From the NCBI GenBank assembly GCA_028023455.1, contig JAQFVV010000003.1:14198001-14262000 (forward strand): a stretch of 64,000 nt of DNA, read 5' to 3'. The position numbers and the translations under genes were made by a program. This document shows positions 54,583 through 64,000 of the stretch, piece by piece (position 1 is the first letter of the stretch; every line of letters begins with the position of its first letter). The notes below the pieces were generated by a model. That model searched no databases, was not told the DNA's origin, and saw nothing but the letters and a program-made list of their open reading frames with translations. This DNA is from Epiperipatus broadwayi (taxonomy: Eukaryota > Animalia > Onychophora).

Positions 54583-54749
54583 GCCCATCCATGTTCGTAT
54601 ACTATATAAATAATCACATAGTAATAACAGCTGCAACGACAAGAACGTATGGAGTGGACATTAGGAATTTGCCCTGCTCGGTTCCTTTAAGGCCTCCAAA
54701 AGGAATCAAAGGGTTCCTTTCAGTTAATAGCAAACTCCTTTTTGCAGCC
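54583..54749 (-). ncRNA. HDV/CPEB3-like self-cleaving ribozyme at the RTE 5' end
   Basis: P1 GGCUGCA (54749-54743) / UGCAGCU (54635-54629) with a G1-U wobble. P3 ACG/CGU with L3 UUCUUGU, then GU after P1'. 10 bp P4; J4/2 CGAAC (C at 54597). P2 GUCCACUCCAU / AUGGAUGGGC. G1 coincides with the TSD-defined end. Confidence 0.8.
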
Positions 54750-55520
54750 TCTACCCAAATATGGTTAATTAAATTAGAGGATAATAGAGTAGTAACATGA
54801 CACATGAATCATATAAAAGAGTGTGTAATTGAGCCGATAGAAGTTATAAATGATAACACAGATTTGGCTACTAATCAGATTAAATTTTTTTTAAAAAAAA
54901 TAAAAACATTAAGGCCAATGTGTCTACAAATATTGAGATAGACATAGAAGAAAAATCTTCTAGGCAAGAAGATGAAGGAAAAATTCCTAGTCTAGATTTA
55001 CAGCAACCATCAGCAGGCAATGTTATGTGACTCTAGAATCAACTGCAAGTAATCTACATAGTCTAATTTGCATAACAATAATTCTCTAACAATATACAAA
55101 TTAGCAGAGTTATTAAAAATGCCTGCAAAATTTTTAATAGGAGTAAGTCAGACTAGTGATACTAGTAGAGCAGAATAAAAGCAGCTTAATATATACAGTG
55201 CAGAAAAAGTGAAATGCAGTCAAATCTAATTAGATTGACCCAGAGATGTGAGTGAAAAATAAAGTGCTTACTAAAACTGAAGTTGAAAAGCAGAATAAAT
55301 GCTAATGAAATTGTTGTGAAAAACTAAAATAGAAAATTATAGAAGTGAAATGATAAACTTTAATTAAAGTGAATAGATATTAAAAAAAGACTTAATAAAA
55401 ATAGAAATAGAGTCTAACTCTATTCATGAAGTTTAATCAGTAAGGTTGCTAATTGAACACATTAACTCACTACTCATTCATATATATATTAACTAATCTT
55501 TCTTATTGCATTGCCAAATG

Positions 55521-56250
55521 TATATCATATAATACTAAATCATCCATACACTTTACTACTGTTACACATTGCTTTATTTACCACCTTGTTTTACAGTTTT
55601 GATTGCCCAGCAATCTTCTTCAGAACTACAATATAATACAAACATATGAATATAAATATACATGAACATATAATTTACATTCTATATATACATCTTATAA
55701 TCATCATCTATTTATTACCTTTTAAATATTATATAATTTTTTTACCCTTTTTTACATTCTATATTTATTAATTAAAACTTCCTATACATATATATTCTAT
55801 TTTTATTCTTTATTTTATTTTATTCTTATTACTCTTTAAATACTTAACTCTAACTTAATATCTTTTATATTTTATATTATTATTATACATTTTACTAACA
55901 ATCAATATTTGTAATTAAGTATTTAAAGAGTAATAAGAATAAAATAGAATAAAGAATAAAAATAAAATATATATGTATAGGAAGTTTTAATTAATAAATA
56001 TAGAATGTAAAAAAGGGTAAAAAAATTATATAATATTTAAAAGGCAATAAATAGATGATGATTATAAGATGTATATATAGAATGTAAATTATATGTTCAT
56101 GTATATTTATATTCATATGTTTGTATTATGTTGTAGTTCTGAAGAAGATTTTTGGGGCAATCGAAACTGTAAATTGTAAAAGAGGGTGGTAAATAAAGCA
56201 TTGTGTAATAGTAGTAAAGTGCATGGATGATTTAATATTATATCAAATAT
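55521..56250. mobile_element. AT-rich palindromic insert (~330 bp arms) inside the second LTR copy
   Basis: ~55521-55850 is the reverse complement of ~55915-56250; the uninterrupted site is visible in the first LTR copy at a TATATA tract (~49535). Confidence 0.8.
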
Positions 56251-56379
56251 ATATTATAAGTAATAAACTTATTAAGTTATTAAAACTTTTGTGCAATGTT
56301 TTCTAAAAATAATTAATGAGTGTAAAGACTGATAGATTAGTCTGACCCCATATATATCCATAACAAACTTCATAAGAAT

Positions 56380-57990
56380 GAAAAAGAGATTGTAGACATA
56401 AACAACTGTTAAAGGAGTTTTGCTCAAGCAATTTCTGGGGAATGAATAATAATAAAGTTTGCAAACAATTGGTAGATGAATGCAGATTTGTTATATAAAC
56501 CAGCAATCAAAAAGGGGATAAACCACAAAAGAATAATAAGTCAGTCAAGACTTTCTGAATCTGAAAAGGAGTTAAAGTCAGACTGAATTTCTAACAATAG
56601 GAACCCCATCACTAAGAATCAACAATATAAACACTAGAAATGCAGGGATCACATGCCATTGTTAAGGAAAAAGAATCCATCTAATTACAAGTTGCTGATG
56701 GAAAGACATGCAGGTCCATGGATTTAAAGGGTACATGTATGAAAGACCTCACTAAATTAGAGAAAAAGTAATTATTATAATAAAAAATTATGATGATATA
56801 ACTCTACAGGGACAAGCAAGATATTGTGGATATGAAGATTAAGTGAGTTAAAGAGAATGAATACTGATAAACTTTACCAACAATAATTGCTAGGCAAACT
56901 AGTTCTTATATAAGTCAATAATCAATAAGGGTCTATCCCATCTCATAATACTAAGCGAGTCAAAAGTTTTCTGAATCTGGAAAAGAGATTGTAAGTAGAT
57001 TGGTATTTGTGAAATTGAAGGAATTAATAATCTAGAAGTTGGAAGAGCTAGAATAATATTGTTATAGCAAAAAAGGGCCACATAGCAAACAAAATTGCAG
57101 ATGGAGAGAACTGTAGATCTATGAATTTAAATGTTCAGAACCACTTTTCCTCAGAATCACAGAAATCCCAATAATTATGAGAAGACAAGTTTTAACAAAA
57201 AAATTCAAAGAAAAAATTCAGGTAATAACATAGAAATAAACAATGACAGCTAAATTACACTAGGAATTAAAATTTACAGAAGGCCTGTCAAAATAAGATT
57301 GGCAGTAGATTGGATATGTCTTTAGTAATCTAATGCATATGAAATGCACTTGTGGCCGAAGTTAATGTTACACATATCAATGAAAATTATCCTTCAAGAC
57401 CTAAGATATAAATGAAAACCAAGTTATGTTAAAAGACAAAGGAGGAGATAGCAGTAAAAGTAAATAATTAGAAATCTAAAGTATTATGTATTACTGTCTT
57501 TTATTATGAAAAATAAAACTAGGGCATTACTTAAAAGATACTGACATATTCCACTTGAAATTAAAGTGATAATAGTGAATAAGATAAAGATTAAAGCTGA
57601 AGTAAAAGGTGGATTTTTAAGAAGCAGGGATTGATTAAAATATCACCCATAGTAGTTGGAAGTAATTCAAAATGCAAGACCAATAACTTGTAAGTTACAT
57701 AAAGTTCCATATGTCCGATGTCAGAAAAATGAAAATAAAATAAATAAGTTAGTGGGAAAGTGAGGAATTGAACTTATAGAGGATGCCAATTGGTCAATCT
57801 CTATTATGGTCATTATGAAACCCAATAGTTAAATCCTTTTATATGAAGATTACAGGATGATTGTAAACAAATAATTAAAAAGAATATATACCTCATCCTT
57901 AATGCAAAATAAATCCTAGTTTTGCTGCAAAGTCAAGACATTTTGTTAAATTCGATCTTAATTCAACATATCATCAAAAACCATAGAGAG
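56380..57990 (+). mobile_element. Second, more decayed gypsy interior (gag and RT fragments)
   Basis: gag-like FWGMNNNKVCKQL (~56420-56470); RT N-terminus KVPY...ANWSISIMVIMKPN...DYRMIVNK (~57700-57880). Confidence 0.7.
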
Positions 57991-60900
57991 AAAGATCAGT
58001 CAATGAGATATATTGATGTAATACCTTTCCATTTAAAATAACATCACTACTTAAATAACAAATTCATAATCATATCAGTATAAATCATTCTTCATTTAAT
58101 GAGAAAGAATATCTTGATAGCATGAATATTGGAATTAAAAATATCTTATTTCTACCTGTTGAAAAATATTCTGAGTGAAAACAGTTTTTGGGATTCTAAA
58201 AGAGAGCAATGATATGTCTTCTGCAGAGATATGATGATATGACTTGATTTTGACAAATGATAATTACTAAGCAGAAATAGATAAGTCAATAGTTATTTAG
58301 AATTTCTTGCTGATGGTTTCTATCAAAGTTAATTTGCAATATCTTTTGTAATAATAAAAATATAAACATATATCTTACTAGATTGCAAAAAAAAAAAAAA
58401 AGATGATGATTAAGGATAACATTTGTGAAAATCCTTTTACTGATTTGAAATATTGGGAAAATTTTATGAATTGATGCAGACTGGTTTTTATTTATTTAAT
58501 TAATGTGCACACCAAATTTGAATCACCATCTATTAATTTAAAGATTAAAAGAACAAATAGTTAGAATTTTACACTAACACTACCAATGCCGCTTGGAAAT
58601 TTAACAGAAAAGCAAGTACATTTCAAATGTTATTTTTCTGCATGTTGAATCACTTTATGCAGCACAAGTGTGACATGCTGCATTTGCTAATCTGCAAAGC
58701 AAAATGACACAAGTATAAATTTATTGAGAAGGACAGAATGAATTTTTTGAAGGATAATACATATGATTAACTTTATAAACATATCTTCTACAGATAAAAG
58801 TCATTCATAAGTGTGTCTGATGATTATCATTATGCTTTATTATTATAAAAATATTTATTTAAATAAGGTATGTTGAAATATTGCATTGCAAGGTAAATTT
58901 ACACAATAATGATTAGTATATAAAACAGATTTTTTTTTTATAGGAAAATAATAATAATAGAATATGCTAACGTGGGGAACTAAGTTTAGCTTATTGATTT
59001 GAACTTCAGCATTACAAAATAAAAACATTAACAAAAGATTGTGGGTCAATAAACCAATTCAAGGAACAGTTATATATGATTGAATGAATTTATTTTTAAA
59101 ATAAAATATAATTTCTAAATTAATTTGATTTTTATTTAATATATTTGAGTTATCTGTATTTACAAACATTCATAGTTATTCTACATATTCATTGTTATTC
59201 TACATATTTTATTGGAATATATTTTTTAATCATTGAATGTGTAAAAACTCATAATTAATGTATCAAGTAACTGATCATAGTATCTATTTACCAAAGAAAT
59301 GATAAGTTCAGTGTTTTGATTGTTAACAATTTAACCATCTAGTCAATCTTTTTTAATATGAACACATGAAAATTGCTTAAAGAATCTGTTTTACGATATG
59401 TATTGTGTGTAATATAAAAAGCTATAAGATGGATATCATGAGACAATTTAATTGCTGAATCTATAATTAAAACTCTAGATATATTATGCATAAATAATTG
59501 TAAATCTATGGGCATTTTCTTTTTCAGTTTCATGGAGGGATCATTAAAATTAGAAAAATATAATTTTAATTTATAAGAATTGATGATCAAATTAGAAATA
59601 AAATAAAAGGTGATCTATTAGTTATATGGACAGACTATTAGCAAAGGAGTACACATTTATAGGAAAAAAATTGAGAAGTCAATTGCAGATTTTTTGATGC
59701 AAAATTTAAACAAAAAAATTTGGAAACATTAAATAAAATATATGGCAGTTATAAAAGTTATAGAAAATGGACAAATTAATTTGCATACACATTTGCATAC
59801 ATTATTATTTAGTAACATTACAGCAATGGTTTATAACCTATTTTGGCCATGAATATGAGGAAAAACCTCGAAAGTACTAGGCCTAGATTAATTTGATTTA
59901 ATTGTTTTTGGTTACTATTGACAGCTTCTTCTTCAGCGGGTTACATCGCTTATATATGCTAAAAGTTATAAAAGTAATATATGGCAGTTATATACAACAA
60001 AACATAAATTAAAAAAAATTATAAATACATTTTTTTGGGAATGAGTAAAGGCTGACAATTGATTCAGAAAGGCCATGTAAATTATTAGGAACCATTTCAT
60101 TGGCATATTATTTAAATAGTAAATACACTCCCATTGCTTAAATAAACTTTTAGTATGATTGGATAATTGCATCTCTTATACATTAAAGAAAACCAACATT
60201 TTATACTTTTATTGCAACATGCTAATAGCCTGAAATTGAAAAAATGCAATGTTTTGGATACAAACTACTTTGCTTATATAATTACATAGATCTGCATTAC
60301 ATGAGTAGCTATATATTTTAATATCTTCATTTTATAATAATTGTAGCTACCTTTCAGTCTTTTGGCTAGAATCTATATATATCAATCAACATCATAAAAT
60401 TATCTGTACTTTTATTTAAAATATACTGAATATGTTAAATGCAAGAAGAGATAATCATATACTGTATAGTTTAGCACAGAGAAGATGATGAACTTAAGAT
60501 AGTAATATGTAGATTGAAAGTTAAATCTATTACTTTGTGCTTACATATCAGACATCTCTAAGAAACAAAACATTTGAATATCTTCAAAAAAAAAAAAATC
60601 TCAATAAAAAAACTAATAAAAGTATATTAATATTAGGTTATCAAATAGACATAAACACTTGGTAATTATATGAACGGCATTCTGCTTACTCATAACATTT
60701 TCAACATATAATAAAATAATTGTTTGTGATTGCTTTTTCCTATACAATATAGATAATAGTAATAAGACAATAAATAAAATAAAAAATACATACAAAAAGA
60801 AAGGTAAAATAATAATAATAATAAAAAACACTCTCTTCTTATGACATTTCAAGTCTGCCATATCTATTTTCACTAGATGTGAGCTCCCAAAGGTGTTCAT

Positions 60901-61415
60901 ATATATAAAAATAGATTAATATAATATACCAAACAGAGCATCATATGATTTTTATTCATTTTCTATATTTACCATAAACAATAATTTATTCCATTTATTC
61001 TATTCTATAGCCATTCTCTAAGTTCAAGGATATTTATGGATTCCAAATAGTACAGCACAATGGATGCCAGATACTATTGCTATATTCATACACCTACATA
61101 AATTTTTAGCTATGAGTTGATTTCAGTAAAGGTATGTAACCAAATTCTTCCCTGAAGATGACCAATAACCAGAAATTAATATGGGATATGAGTACAACAA
61201 TATTACCTAGTATTCATTATTTAATTAAATTTATAACATGTGACTGGAGTAAAATTAATAGAACAAATTATTATCTCTATTTCAAAATTTTAAAATCTTG
61301 CATTTCAAACCTTGAAATTTAAAGGGTAATATTCAATAATATTTATTACAGCTTAAAGTTTCTAATTATAATTAAAATAAAATACTAGTTTTCTACTTCA
61401 CCTTTTATTAGTAAA

Positions 61416-61605
61416 TAGTTTAGATTGCGCTTTACGCAAAAAAGTGAAGCTTGTCTCAATCTTATTAAAAGTTACATAAACCAAAACTAAACTTCAGTTA
61501 AAAGTAGATTATGGAGACACAAGGTCTCTGAAAGTGCTAAGCCATATAACTTTTAATAAGATTGAGACAAGCTTCACTTTTTTGCATAAAGCACAATCTA
61601 AACTA
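61416..61605. mobile_element. 190 bp MITE with 59 bp TIRs
   Basis: 61416-61474 versus 61547-61605 reverse complement, with only two mismatches, both CG/TG. Confidence 0.85.
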
Positions 61606-62599
61606 ATTATAATTAAATAAATTATCAAAATTTATTATATCGGCAAACATAATGCTTTATAAAATCAAAAGCCGGTTTCTTTTATCTAATTTCATTAATT
61701 GTCTTGAAAATTATTTGTGTTGTTGTTTCTTTGCATTTAATTTGGTCACAGCTGTCTTTTATTTCAAGATTTTTAGATTAATAGAAGTTATTTTTTTCAG
61801 TAAAACTTTCAGTAATTTTCTTTTCTCCATTTAATTTTTTAAGACTAAATCGAAGCCTTATTGATTATAAGACCTTTTTTATTTAGTTGACCATGCATGC
61901 TTAAGATAAGAATTTTTTAAGTTGAAAATTGATATACCATAATATATTTTTCTTATGAGGAATATTTATTGATACTATGAGCTATAATTAAAAAAGGTTA
62001 TGATGAAAATGACCGGTATTGCGTAAGCAAAAATAAATAAATTATTGCACATATGTAGTGAAGAAAGCCAAACTAGATGAACAATAAAATAAATGTTGAC
62101 TCAGGATTGATAGAAAATACAACAATCTTAGACATGTTTATTATATCATATTTACAACCAAAAACAAATGCCCTAAAGTCACTTACTAGGAAAATTATTT
62201 TAAACAATAAAGTGAAAAAATGGGATTACAGCTAAATAATTAATTATTATATGATGACAAAGAAATAAAAGTTTTAACTTCCTTAGATCATTTATTAACA
62301 AGATATAAAAGTTAACAAAGTTTAGCAAAGACTGACTCTGATCACAGATTCAATGAAAACAAATGAAAATATTTTTTAGATACAACGGTATATAGTTTAG
62401 ACTCTGAAAAAAAAAAAAGGATTGATGTTACTGAATTCTGATGAAAACTTCTAAACATATTATCAACAATATAAAAATGCATAAGTGGAAATCCTCAGGT
62501 TGAAATTGTCTTGTTTTTAGACTTCTTATGAACTAATTGAATTCATTTCTAAAGCATATAATATATAAAATAATTGATAGTGAAACGGGATGATTAGCA

Positions 62600-63330
62600 A
62601 TGAGATGGATAAACTTCTGTATCATAAAAACAGATGTATACCATTGAAAGGCTAGTCAATTTAGAGAAATGCCATTTAGTGAATTATCAAAAAGTGAAAT
62701 TCAATTAATGACAACTAATAGCAATAATATAAACAGTGTGTACATATAATACTGAATTCTTTTTCTGAGATGATATAACTAGGCAACACTAAATGGCAAT
62801 AATTTGACCAACATCAGTTACAAATTCTTCAATGCTTGCACAATATTTTCTAGCAACACCTCATTTAAAGTTATATCATTAATTTAGATATAAATATCCT
62901 ATAATAGTATAAAGTATATCTTTACAAACCATAAATATATATTTAAACATGAAAATACAAAAGAAATTCTATTCACAGTAATAAATGAAATCAAAGAGAA
63001 TATGTTCAAAATGTAATTGGTTACATTGAAATCTTGAACCCAATAACTTAAGAGTTATATCAATTAATATGACAAAAAATTTAAGAAAACAGAATCCATA
63101 TATGATACAACCATGCAGTGAATCTTCAAAGAGATTAAATAATGGTTATGTAATAACAGCTATTTTTAATGATTATGAGAAATGTTTCCGAAAAGGTCTT
63201 TATTGGTTGGCAACTAGATGGGTGAGGAATATGTAAACTTGTTTGTTGAGTATAAATGTTGGATATATTGAGTGAATTCTGTAAATAATATTGGAACTAT
63301 GGGGCAAGAGTTCCATAGTTCCACTAGATA
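62600..63330 (-). mobile_element. Highly degenerate LINE relic (CR1/L2/Jockey-like)
   Basis: Scattered minus-strand peptides (VELWNSCP, DITLNEV...LKNL); their order is not clearly collinear with an intact ORF. Confidence 0.25.
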
Positions 63331-63437
63331 AAAGAATGTTGTATATTTTAAAAGTTATTTTTTCTATGTCTCCCATTATCTAAACCTCATAAATCCAGTG
63401 TTTCATTTAAATCTTCAATATATATATATATTCTTTA

Positions 63438-63641
<204 letters not shown>

Positions 63642-64000
63642 TTACAAAAGTATCATTAAAAAATGTTTATAACTTTTTTATTAATAAAAATTTTCTTAAA
63701 AATACTATCAATTCTATAATCTTGTCTATAAGGCAATGAGTTCACTTATAAATAAATATTGTAATGGTATTGAAGGTGAAGAGGGGGTGAATTTGGGGAG
63801 ATGAGAACATCATCATCCCCATAAAATCACCAATATAAATGAATAAATAGAATGAGGAAGGAGCATGAAATGAATAAAGAATAAAACTAACAATAAGTAG
63901 TTATAGCAATTATACTTATAAGCAGCATCACCATATCACCATCATTTCACCTTAATAATTAACAGCTCATCAATCATCCTTGTGACTGAATCTAAAAGAG

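Larger units (their letters stand above)
51451..54749 (-). mobile_element. Full-length RTE-clade non-LTR retrotransposon (3299 bp)
   Basis: 11 bp TSD TCTACCCAAAT at 51440-51450 and 54750-54760; (TGA)n 3' tail; single APE-RT reading frame. Confidence 0.95.
49109..56310 (+). mobile_element. Decayed Ty3/gypsy (K02A2.6/Mag-like) element, interrupted by an RTE and a palindromic insert
   Basis: LTR-like copies ~49109-49600 and ~55021-56310; gag LAKKCDFRDYIEEMLLDQLLWGMRDTKLRQMLLSE (50081-50296); protease remnant (DSGAGITL near 50570); the integrase tail SRMLSTQ|IWLIKLEDNRVVT is split exactly by the RTE TSD. RT/RNaseH appear deleted. Confidence 0.85.

Noticed and set aside
13064-57896. Other TACCTCA 7-mers (e.g. 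near 13064, 37666, 45801, 48638, 57890)
   Set aside because: They lie in introns, intergenic DNA or TEs and lack the 8-mer match, so they were not counted as let-7 sites.

Overview
AT-rich, CpG-depleted, intron-rich animal genomic DNA, most likely an invertebrate; the arthropod/chelicerate-like repeat content is inference only. No prokaryotic features. Two host genes are visible. (1) A + strand HMGA-family AT-hook gene with coding exons at 6178-6255, 21629-21679 and 25786-25881 in vertebrate-like positions and phases. Its 3' UTR carries two perfect let-7 8-mer sites, and a candidate TATA/CCAAT first exon lies at about 1795-1828. (2) A - strand exon of an SMIM29/C6orf1 homolog at 63486-63609, convergent with HMGA like human HMGA1-SMIM29. 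The rest is layered transposons. A TSD-bounded full-length RTE LINE (51451-54749) has a 5' end that folds into a complete HDV-like ribozyme and sits inside a decayed Ty3/gypsy element. A TSD-bounded hAT (37367-44680) carries a 3.6 kb foldback element with kilobase inverted arms (40973-44594). There is also a gag-only two-LTR element, piggyBac and mariner relics, several MITE-like hairpins, and an unexplained CpG-retaining island (about 44750-47240). All alignments and folds were done by eye; reference sequences are recalled from memory.
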